From Chrysomallon squamiferum (taxonomy: Eukaryota; Animalia; Mollusca): a stretch of 64,000 bases of DNA. Of the stretch, positions 11,544 to 23,689 are shown in pieces (position 1 is the first letter of the stretch; each line of letters begins with the position of its first letter). The stretch spans positions 2,232,001-2,296,000 of the forward strand of contig CM022670.1 in the NCBI GenBank assembly GCA_012295275.1. The letters are read 5' to 3'. Made by a program: the position numbers and the translations under genes. Under the pieces are notes generated by a model, which saw nothing but the letters and a program-made list of their open reading frames with translations, was not told where the DNA came from and searched no databases.

Positions 11544-14487
11544 TATTATAACATGGTTATTCAAGAAATGTCTGAATCTGGGGGAAAGTTTATCCAAATA
11601 TTAAAAAAAGATTAAAAAAAATGTGCAAATGTCATGGTGCTGAACATAAATTTTTCCTCCACAATCTCAATAGGCTACTTGAAGAAAATAGTGAGACAGA
11701 GTTATGGCAAAAGCATGGCTAAATTATTTTTTGTATCTTAAGGGATTAACTGAGTATGAGAGAGGATTGGGAGAGACAGATTTATTTGTTTCTTTTATGT
11801 GTTATAACTTATTATTACAAGTAAGGAAATGAAACTGAAAACATTAAAATAATAACAACAACAACAACAATAAAATAAATATAAAATAAAATAGGAAGGA
11901 GTGATGTTATTATGGGGATATAAGTTATTGTCTTAGTTTTCTGATGTGTTTAAATGTAAAATACATTAACAAAAACTGTGAGATGTCAGCAGATACTGCA
12001 GCAATTACTTTATATTCCCAGAGGAGAGGACAAAATCTAACATCATTTTTTATGTTTTATATGTGTCTGCTGTATACAAACAGACTAACACAGAATCTTC
12101 CATTCTCTTATCTTCCAAAAGTTTCCAAACAGAAAAAGGAAAGGAAATAATATTTATCTCTTTTTAAGTTATCATAATGAAAGAACTACTACAAACTTTT
12201 GAAGATATTGATCAAAAACGTCCATTTTGCTCCAAACTAGTGGAACTTGAGTAATTCAGGAGCTTTGTGTCAATCAAACTGTCCCAGACTAAGCTTGTCA
12301 TAACACAAGTGCTCTTATAATGAAGCAAAAATTCTTTGTTAATTGACATTTAACCTCCAGACACACACAGAGCTAAAGCCTGGAGGCTTATTAAAGGTCA
12401 GAAAACAATTTTCCAAAACTTTCATCCATATGCAACAGCAGCACAAAGGTTTTGATGTTTGATATTAGAGATTTTTGGAAAGCTGCATAAGCATAAATAT
12501 GTGTTTGTATCTATCTCTGTGGATGTGTGGGTATGGTGTGCATGATTTGTTGATGTCCTTGAATGAAGTTTCTGTAAACATGTTTGTAAGGTCTATGATT
12601 GTGTTGGATATAAATACATACATCCATTATTATTTTTCTCTATCTTTCTTATAGTTAATTCTGACATGCAGCCAGACAAAAGCAGACTATTTAGAGAAAC
12701 ACAGAATATCTACGGTTGAAATAAGCTCATAAACACTTGGGGATCAGATCTGATAATTTGATGACCAGGAATCCATCTCATTTGCAGCCCCTTTTCATGG
12801 AAAACAGCTCTTGCAATGAGAAAATAAATCATGCTGATTGGGAAACTACCATGCACACAGACTCTGTAATTACACTATTTCACTGTCTAACTGTGCTGTG
12901 ATAGAGTTACTGTTGCACACACACATGAAATAAGAAGTCAAACCTGGCCATGTCCAACATTATCAGAAATTTTCTTCCAGTCTAAGCTAATGTCCTCAAG
13001 CATAAAAGACTTGTCTGTACAGTCTGTACAGTCTGAATAGCCTGTACAAAGCAGTAGCAATAACAAAGACTTAACAAACCATACAGTTTAATTCATGATG
13101 CTCTTAATGATCACTCTGTATACTTTGTCTGGTGTTACAAGTTTTTATGTGCTGTTCTGGTCAGAGGGGAAAATGGCATGTAAGATGCTAATAAAGATTT
13201 AATGGTGTACTTGGTCTAGAAAAGAGCTGTCTCTTAGTAAGTGTCATTTGAATGAAAAAGAAAATAAGAAAGTGAAGAAGTGGAGATAGGACTGGCTTAA
13301 TTGTACAGCAAAGTATGAATGTTTACTTTTCTGACACAATTCAGAAACTATGGATCACTGACTAATGATGTTTAAAGACTGACACTGTCAAACTGTTATG
13401 ATGTATGTTTGTAAACCTTTGTCCACCATTTACCAATTAGAAAACCATGGACTAATTATTAAAGAAATTTCCTCATATACATCATCAAAATATATTCAAA
13501 TCAAAGAATAAAGTATGATAATTTAATGTTAACCAAATCAAAATCCATAGATCATTAGTAATAATGTTTCTAGTCTGACGGAGTCAAGCTCTAATGGAAA
13601 TATGACAGACAGTATGTTACATCAACAAATTCCAGTAAATTATTTAATGTTCACCAGATTTCTTACTAATTATAATCACTTCACCTTAATTTGTAACAAA
13701 TACATTTTATTTTTAATGGAAGAAATATATAGGAAACATTTTCAAGTCATTATCAGCAATTCTTATATGGACCACCAGATAACAAACTGGAAACTATTAA
13801 CTTAAATTTGATAACAGAATGTTATTTTCAGGGTAAAATTATTTCTCTTTGATATGCAGTATAAAAGGTAGCAACTGCAAGGCTCCATCACCTTGCTGTA
13901 ATATATTTTTGAGTTCACTAACATACATACTCACTCAGGCAAACACACACACACACACACATTTCAAAAATTAACAAATAATGTAATGCTAAATCAAACT
14001 TTAAATTGTCATCAAAGATGATTACATTAGCTCAAGTTCACAAAAAATAAATATTTTATACCTGAATAAACACTGGTGTGACAGAGACCTCAATACAAAT
14101 AAATCATTACCAACTCTTACAAAACTGGTGTCATATTTAGAAAGTAAAATAAATCAGTTTCTTTCACTTCATTTATGTACACACACATAATCATCAGGAA
14201 ACTCTGCCTCAAGCCTGTTGGTTCCCTCATTTAAATAATGCCTCTCGTTTGAACACGACATCATTAAGAAATATGTATTCATCATTAGCAAAACTGAGGA
14301 TATGGTACAATAACTCTGGAAGCAGTTTTGACACAGATATTATAATTATTTGTGAAATCATGAAGAAGAAGAAAAAATCCCCAAATTCCTAATCAAAAAC
14401 AAATCCATAATTTATTTGAAAGTATTTTTCTTAATTATAACACACACACACACACACACACACATATGCATGTGCTTCCCTACACAG

Positions 14488-14521
<34 letters not shown>

Positions 14522-14555
14522 TTATTTATCTATCTGTCTGTCTATCTATCTATCT
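14488..14555. repeat. (TATC)n-based compound microsatellite, preceded by (CA)n
   Basis: Read directly. Confidence 0.9.
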
Positions 14556-15809
14556 GTTTATATTTGTATACAACAGCACATGCATTTGTGTGACTTTTGG
14601 AATGGGAACAGCTTAGCCACCAGATCCATTATAACTTTGTCAACAGTTATATCCAGCTGTCATGCAGGAACTGAAATAATGGGATTTGACACTTACATTA
14701 ATTCTTCAAATAATGCTGCATTGGAAAAATAATAAAAACGAAGAACTGGAAATCACTGATTATTTTTTACTGATGATCAAATGAGCTAAAATAAGTATAT
14801 TTACCATTAAGAAAGAAAAACTGGAACCTACAGCATCTTGTTTTCAGCTGACCATTATTTGAAGGGAATATTAGCTAAATAGCTTATGGATAGACTACTA
14901 TAATTTTTAGACCTAAGTTACCAAATTATCATTACACTATTTCTGAAGCTGAAAATGGATTTCTTAAAAATGAATATACACTGTAGGATGAAGTGAAAAC
15001 ATTAACTTTAAAATGAAGGAAGGCACCGTATAATTCATCTCATTGCACCCACACATTCCAATTATTACCCATGACTGGTTTACTAATGCTTTTGTCCTTG
15101 AGGGAAAAGTACTTAAAGATTTACTACTATCAACATACCAGAGTAGTCCATATTGTATTATACATATGTGTGTGTGTATGTGTGTGTCTGAGAAAAAAAT
15201 ATATAATTCACAATCAATTACCCTTGATATTAAAATGTGTTGAAATTGTTAAATAAACAATGATTTATTCTTAACAGACTGACAGGTAAACTATTTATTT
15301 TTGAATTTCAGCACCTCTGTCAAGTGATACCCTGTTACTGATGTTTATAAACTTGCCAGACTAAATGTAAAAACATGCCCTCCATTACTGCAGTCATTGT
15401 ATACAAGTCTAACACATTAACATATACAGACGATGTACTGTTATGTCTTCAAGGTTTGGCTTGTGAGGATTTTACTTTTCACTAACAGATGGTTCACATG
15501 CTATGATTCTCTGATCAGCGTTCTCTGATACCTCATTTGTAAATGAAGCAGCACTATCAGTGCAGATCAGAGAATCTTTAAGCAACATTCTGGAACATTT
15601 TTTGCAAAACCATGAAACATAGTTACCATTTGCAAAAGCTTACAAATTGGCAGTTTTCATGCTATAAACATTTCTTAAGTATGCTGTGTTCATTCTAAAG
15701 CAAACAAACTGCTAATAAATCCAAGATGAAAACATAAACCACTTGTAGGTGGATTTATAAAGATGGTTTTTGGTAAACCAATATAACTGGTACTAACCAC
15801 TAAATGTGC

Positions 15810-15861
<52 letters not shown>

Positions 15862-16106
15862 TTTATTTATTAATTGATTTATTTATTTATTTTGGTATGT
15901 TACTATAATGTGTGTTCAAATAGAACATGCTGTTGCTCAGAATTAATTTCACTGAGATGCCAGGTTGAATCTTATAGTGAAGGATTGGTGTAAAATGTTC
16001 TAAATGTTTTCTCAAAGTTCAAATCAATTTTCATTTTTTGAATAACTCTCAACTTTTTATAGTAATGTCAAAGAAAGTTATTCTGAAATAACTCTGAGAA
16101 TAAACA

Positions 16107-16137
<31 letters not shown>

Positions 16138-16251
16138 CAGTAATAATTTTCTTCTGACCTACTGATATTTATGTGATATTACATCTATTGTGGCTGCACA
16201 TCAGTGAGAGATAGATTTAAAAGAGAAATAAAATAAAATAGATCTACTGAC

Positions 16252-16357
16252 TTTGTCTCTCCCCTTCTCTTTGAGTGTGGCCTCAGCTTTCTTTAGCCCC
16301 TCGTCAAGCAAGTCAACCAGCCTCACAGTCTCTCCAGATCGGGTCTTGAACTTCTTT
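16252..16357 (-). CDS. RARS1: RARS1 internal exon, 106 nt: [35 protein letters not shown] (KMSKS-equivalent loop)
   Basis: Acceptor tttcag|A at 16358/16357; donor AAA|GTCAGT at 16252/16251. KFKTR is the ArgRS variant of the class I KMSKS motif. In frame with the 8421-8534 exon. Confidence 0.95.
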
Positions 16358-18199
16358 CTGAAATAAACAAATACTTTTCTTATCAAAACCCCTAAAATAA
16401 ACATCTGTGCTATTTATACTTTAGAATAGTTAGATAAATATTAAATTAAAAAAGGAAATAAGAAGAAGGAAAAGAAAGCTGGAAAAAAAGAAGAAAAAAG
16501 TAATAATAATAATAAATAATAAAAATAAAAAAAAATAAAAAAAATAAAAAAAATAAAAAATATATAAATAAATAAATAATTATATAAACTCTTTGTTCTA
16601 AAATAAAAAGAGGAAGTAAAAATGAAAGAAGACATAATTAATACATTTTTAATTATAGTATTTTACTATGGTTAAGAACCATACTGATACAGTGAAAGGA
16701 GACTTGCTCTACGAGCAATTTATTAACAGCAATTTTTTATTTAATTATTTAATGGGCATCTTTTCATAGAGAAAAAACCTGTAACAAATGGCCCAATATT
16801 CTTACTGAACAAGATTAATGTACATATTATATTAAATATATATTTATTTAAATGTCATAATAAAAAACAGATAAAGGCTTGAATGAAGGTATTTGAACAA
16901 CTTATTTGTAAGCAAAGCAAACTCACAAAAAACCTTAGACTTTATGCATTTAATAAAGGCAATAATAATAGTAATAGTAATAATAAATAAATGAAAAACA
17001 AATGGGAGAAACACATACTACTATGGCTTTTTTTGAAATTAAAGTTTTATGGTTTTGATGAAAAGAATTAATGGTTAAAATGTTGAGAAAATATAGTCAA
17101 ATTTTATTTTTTGAATTCATTTTTTTTTTTCCTTTCACATTCAGTGCTTCTTCTAAAACAAATGGCCCAGAAACTATTACTGAAATATGCAAGTAACATA
17201 TTTATAAATAAAAGAGAATACTCAACATGTCTTAGGCTAATGGTGGAACTGGTCTGTGTCAGAATAACATTAACAGTATAAGGAGAATTGTAAATCTTGT
17301 TTAAATGTATCAAGTAAGAAGTGGAATGTGTCTCATCTGTAAATAACAATCCTATAATGACAGTCTTTTTATAAAGCAGTTATGTTCAGCATACTACTGT
17401 TTAATAATTTTTTTACTTCTTTTTTTTCAGCATCATTATATTCAAAACACAAAAATGAACACATAACAATCCATACATCATCACTATTATGGACTTTCTT
17501 CTGTTTTTCTTTTTTTTAAAATTACACAAGAACTTTATAATGACACATAGACATCTGTAGGTGTATTTGCACACATTCACGTACAAATAAAATTATATTT
17601 TCTGAAACTGTGATTTGCTGAACATCTGTTGGAAGAAATAGTGTGACACACAGTTAATGACTGCTTCGATCTACAAAGTTTCATTAACGAGTTACCTCCC
17701 CAAGGACTCTCACTTCTGTTAATGAGAACAATTTTGATTAACAACAGTTTTATAAGAAACATGAGCCAAAGGAGAAACGTATCTGAACAACAGCTGATAG
17801 TTTGCCCCATTTTCTTTCATTTCCATTGGAGTAAACATCCAGAAAATTACTTTCTTCAATATTTTTGTGTTAAATGTTGTTCAAAATTTAACAGAAATTA
17901 AAAACTACTGAATATGTAAAATAAATATTAAAATGTTTTGACCATGTACAATGAGTTAGTTTAATTTTTGAAAAGAAATTCAGTATTACTGAAGTTAACT
18001 GTGATTATAAATAATGTGTCTGAAAAAGCTGATTTTACAACACACACACACACACACACATAATGACAAGTTGTCAGACCTGCAATAATAAATATAACTT
18101 GTGACTTTTTCTACTGTGTTAGCAAATGCTGTAGTGAAAGATAAATTTAAATCAGTATAAGTAAGAGATACTCTTTCGGGCTGTTTTCAGATAGACTGC

Positions 18200-19145
18200 T
18201 GATTGCTGAAAATGAGAGGTTATTTGGGTTAAAGAAAAACAAATGAAAAGCTTTTCAGTTTCTACTGAATTCATTTGTGAAAGAGCCATGAAAATTCATG
18301 GACACATGAAAAAAGATTAACTAGCTCTTCTTAAACTGTATTTCAAAATGTTAAGGCCAGCAAGGAAGGACTGATTAGATAAGTTTAAGAAATGAATTGG
18401 AATTTTACAATGTAGCTAAAAACAGTGATGCAGAAAGACTACATAGAGGTGAATCAGAAAAATTTGCAGCAGAATTAAAGAAACTGATAAGAGGTTTTCA
18501 GTGTAGATGAAACTGGGCTGTTCTAGAAGAAAATGCCTACAGGGACATTACTGAGAAGAATTGAAGACATTTTAAATAAATGAAGGACTATCTAATGCCA
18601 TCTTTATGTGACAGAGCTTCGAGGTATTTCAGACTAAAGAACATGCACACAACTCGAAAATTACTAAATATTCAAGAAACAAAAAAGTGTTAGAGAACTA
18701 CTTGAGTTTATTGCAACTTGAACCACAATGAACAGGGTGACAGGCAACTCAATTATTTTAATGAATGAGCAGTGTAATACTGTGTTGTTCTGTGAAAACA
18801 AGAACAACAACAACAAAAAAATCCTTTAAATATTCTTAAAAAGGTCTCTTATCTGGATTTTATTTTAGCCTTTTGTTTATTTTCTTTGTTTATACTTGTA
18901 TCTGTTTGTCTGTAATACTACATCAGATCCACATCCATTTGCCAAAGATTTAATCAGAAATGTCAAGAAACTGTATATGAACAACATTTCCAGAAGGTAA
19001 TACAAGGCAAAGGCCATTGACCTGATCTTTGCTATACATCAAAATGATTGCACCAGTATGACATGGCATCAGGGAGATGCAGAATGGTAAAGAAAATTTT
19101 GTCAACAGGTTAATCAGTGGGAGTTTATGGATGATGAACATTTCA
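18200..19145 (+). mobile_element. Heavily decayed pogo/Tigger (Tc1/mariner superfamily) transposase fossil
   Basis: Collinear broken motifs: IWVKE...SVSTEFICERAMKIH (CENP-B-type HTH, ~18222-18300); KAS...LDKFKK* (~18353-18395); VFSVDETGLF*KKMP (DETG at 18506); HFK*MKDYL...C...S.YFRLK (~18568-18640); LIRNVKKLY (~18950). No TIRs recognised. Confidence 0.75.
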
Positions 19146-19251
19146 AAGGCTGATGTTTCATGTTAAACAGCTGTTTCCTTCTGAAGATTTGAAACAAATG
19201 GGTTAGAAAATGAAGTGGAGAAGAAATATTCATTTAGTAACTTATTATATT

Positions 19252-19282
<31 letters not shown>

Positions 19283-20340
19283 TTTTGATTATTATTAATT
19301 TAATTTATTTTTATTATTACTATTACTATTTATTCATATTTTATTAACATTATTTCTTATATTTTGGTATTTAGGTAACATGCTAATTTTCTAATGATGA
19401 ATCATTCTTACTTAGGTGTTAGGATTTATATTTATACACTTTCCAAACAAGAGTAAAATATGTTATGGTGTCAGACACTTAAACGATTCCATCATTACAA
19501 ATTGTTAAGATCAATGTGAGAGGAACACTAGTCTGAACAGCCTATTAGTTACCTTGGAAATAGCTAGCAAGTTTCTATTTGTACTCCTAATTGGACAAAT
19601 CTAATTCTGTTACTCAAAAAATAACTATTACTTCAGTTGTAGTCAACAGAAGTCATAAAAATGAAAGTGTGTGTGTGTGTGTGTGTCAGATTTATGAGAC
19701 TTTATAATCTTTATATAAAAATAAAATGGTTTACATTAAATTCTTGATATTAATTAATTTATGTCTGTTTCTCAGTATCAAAGGAATCTGAATTAAAAAA
19801 TTATGAATATATATTTTTTGTTCTTTCACAAGCGTTTTGTTTTTATTTTCATAATCCCCAGTACTTCATCTAAAACAACTATAATTCTGGAAGAAAAGTC
19901 TGGAGGGAGGAAATTCAGCAAATGTATTATGCAACATACATCAATGAATATTTTATTTTTGATTATATCAGATATATCAGAGACTATTTTATTTTTATTA
20001 TACAAGATATATCAGTGAATATTATATGTTTATTAAATCAAATATATCAATGTATCAGTGAATGTTATATTTTTATTATTCCTGTGGGGAGGGGATTACA
20101 AAGATACTTGTTAACATGAAACTCTGTGTTCATGAAATTCCAATAAAGGATAAAAACAAAAGAAAATAAAAAAATAAAAATTCTTATTGGTAAAATTTAT
20201 CATATGATGTATTTTTTAGAAAGTGTCTATTACAAGAAAATTAAATAGTATTTTTCAAACCATTATTTTATCTTTTGTTAAAGAAGAATTCGAGTTCATT
20301 AACATTTAATGTTGATATACACTATCCAACAGATCATGTG

Positions 20341-20360
20341 TCACAACAATAACAATAACA

Positions 20361-20415
<55 letters not shown>

Positions 20416-20535
20416 TAATAGTAGTAACAAAATAAAAATAAATAATAATAATAATAAAAAATAATAATAGTAATAATAATAGTAATAATAACTAATAAAA
20501 ATAACAATAATAATAACAATAACAATAATAAAATA
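20341..20535. repeat. (AAT)n/(AAC)n low-complexity tract
   Basis: Read directly; the perfect (AAT)n core is about 20363-20410. Confidence 0.9.
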
Positions 20536-21285
20536 AGAAGTGTTGCTATCGGTTATGAGTAAACTGATCATCAAGATGGTGATTGTGACAGAGTCATATT
20601 GATCCCAGCTTTTCTCAATGCCTCTTAAAAACCGAAAACACAGAAATTAGGCTATTGGGCTTTTTTGAAAACAAAGCTATAATCAATCAATAGGAGGACA
20701 ATTTAGCCTGACAGGTGATCAAAGAGCATTGCCAACATGATGGCTCAAAAAGATGGCCGCTGTGTGATTTTAGATAAATCTGCTTATTTCAAGTCAATCG
20801 TTCTGCAATTATTTCTTCTTCTTCTTTTTTTGTCTCTCTTTTTGTACATAATTAGTTTTCAGTGCATGCCTGACTTAGTGAAATAAGTCAGCTGCTGATA
20901 AGACAGATATTGACTGGGAGGTTTAAGTTATTATTATTTCTCTATCTTTTTTGTGATCTAGAAAAATCATGTTACATTTCTCATCTACACAGAGTGGCTG
21001 AAGAGGTAAAAAATCTCTGAATGTATCTCAAAACAAAAAAAGAAAAAAGAAAAAAGAAAAGAAAAAGAAAAGAAAATAAAAATAAATAAAAATATAATAA
21101 ATAAAAAAGAAAATAAAAAAACAAAAAAGAAAAAAGAAAATTAATGAGAAAATACTATAACTAATAATAATAACAACAGCAATATTTAAAAACTAAAACA
21201 ATTTATAAATAATTATCAAAAATTGAAAAATTGAATAATTTAAAAAAATAAAGTAATAATAATAAAATGATAATAATAATAAGAA

Positions 21286-21317
<32 letters not shown>

Positions 21318-23689
21318 ACATTGTTGTAATCAATGTTTTTTCCAAAAGTATATAATTCTTTATATTTACTATAATAAATCTTTTTAAAGACACATTTCCA
21401 AAAAAAACATTTATCTTGTATCACATACTACTTTATTAAAACTAAATTTTGAAACAATTCTTAGCAGAAATTATAATATAACATGCCATTATTTCTTTTG
21501 AAGAGGTTACTTTTTTAATTCTAGTTTTTAATTTCTTTATATAGTCAGATGAAATACGGTAAAGTACACTGAAGCTGAAGATTTTTTATTTTATTTGATT
21601 TTACTCATTTATTTATTTTATTTATTTAATATATTTTGTTGTTTATTGTTGCATTATAAACTAAACATACATGCAAAACATTTCAGTGTAACTGGAAACT
21701 TAATTAAAAAAAAGTGGATAACATATTTACTCATCCAGGAAGAAAACAAAACTATAAAAACAAAAAAAAAAAAAAAAAAAACAAAAATAAAAACAATAAA
21801 TGAAAATGTTATAATGCATATAATCCAAACAAAGCAGTCACTGTGTTATTACACAATAAACTGAGATATTAAGGACAATGCCAAAAGATCTATTACCATG
21901 CATTTAACCAAATTACGGCTCAGAGTGAAAATGTTAATGGATTTTGCTGGAATGGATGTGATCATGACGTAATTATTTCATTATACAATGAAGTGAAGCT
22001 TTTGCTCAGTTACTGGTGTGCTAAGGGCATTGTCCTGTGTTTGCTGTGGTGATTTTCTGACAGTACTTTTGACTAATGCCTAAAAGGTCAATGGATCAAT
22101 AGTCTTTGACAAACGGAATATTTTCAGGAAAAGTAGTACATTTATTTTAATGTTCAGCGTCATGACAATCTGTATATCCAAAATACTCATTTCAGAAAGA
22201 AACAAACGATGTTTTATACATTTTACTGCTGTATTTTTATTTATTTATTTATTTTTCTTGAATAAATTATAGTTATATTTCTTATAATCACACTACATAA
22301 AAAAAATAATAATAACAAAAAAAATAAAAACAACAATAATAATAATAATAAATAAAATAAAAAAAATAAATAAAAAATACAGTTTATTATTATATTTAAA
22401 TATAATGTTTAATTACTTTTGGTATGCATAGGTATATATAAACATTATACATTATAACATAATAACTTATCATAAATAAAATAAATTCTCACTTAACACA
22501 TTCTTATACCAAAATTGGTAAATACACATATGATTTGTGTTATGATTTTGTAAGAAAAGAAAAACTGCAACCACACTGTCTTCTTCTCTTACTGACTAGC
22601 TGCAACGGATCTTTCATGTGTACTTTCTCAAATGCAGGACCAATAATTACAGCATTGTACTGATATATTCCACAAGGAGTGATAACTGGAACAAGATATA
22701 ACACAATGCATAAAGAAAAATGAATTGATGTGAGAACCTAACACTTCTCAGTTAAGTGTTCACAGTGAGTACACCAACAGGAATTGATCTTGAAACCTAA
22801 TGCTTTTGAGTTCATTGTTCCTCTGACCTATTGCCTGTTCAGGACATAATGGTAAATCAGTGAACTAAAGTGGGATATTTTAAACAAGCTTTCATTTCCT
22901 CTTTGTGCTTCCCTTGCTGCCAAACAGTATCAGTCATATTGAACAAACCATAAATTTTACAATCACGAAAACACACAGGAATATCAAATAATCTAGATTA
23001 TAACTTTTTTCTTTATTGGCTTTGCTAAAATATCATGATTTTTATGGTCATCCGAGAGAACACACTCTTATCGTAATGGTTGATGTAAAGTACATAAAAA
23101 TTAACTTCAATGATCAGCTCGGAAATACACTTCCACATAATTGCTTGTACTTTCATCCTCTTTTCAAGTAGGGCATTGGTTAACCATCAATATCAGATGA
23201 TATGTGTCAATGGAGATTTCCATTACCAAACACATTATATTCAAACTGAGTGCTTAATTCAGATTTTGATTTATCAGGAATAGACACACGTTATTATTTT
23301 AGACAATAATAATAATGGAATTAAAAACTGGAGTTGGTATAATAGTCTTTGTAGAATTGGTACCGGTCCACTTATCATAATGCAGAAAGGGGTTAGGGCA
23401 TGACCTACAGCTTGTTGACCAAGTGAAGTGAGAAGATACGTAACCTATTTCTTCCAAGAATCAAGTAAGAAGACAAGACTTTTTTTCAGTCTTCAGCCTA
23501 CAAATACAGTAACCAACAAGAAGCCAGTGCTTTCATCTTCTGTTTATTGCAACCTTTCATGGACAACTAACTGCCTTTATTGCAACCCACAGCGATTCAA
23601 ATTATGGAAGCAGCAACTCTGTATCTGCTATTATAATAACTATGTGAGAACATAACAGGCTAATTCAGAATGACCTTGCCCCATAACCT

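Noticed and set aside
20334-21424. Poly-Leu/poly-Tyr and YLFI-rich ORFs
   Set aside because: Products of (AAT)n and (AAAT)n simple repeats; the same applies to ORFs at 14416, 16441, 44177 and 50989.
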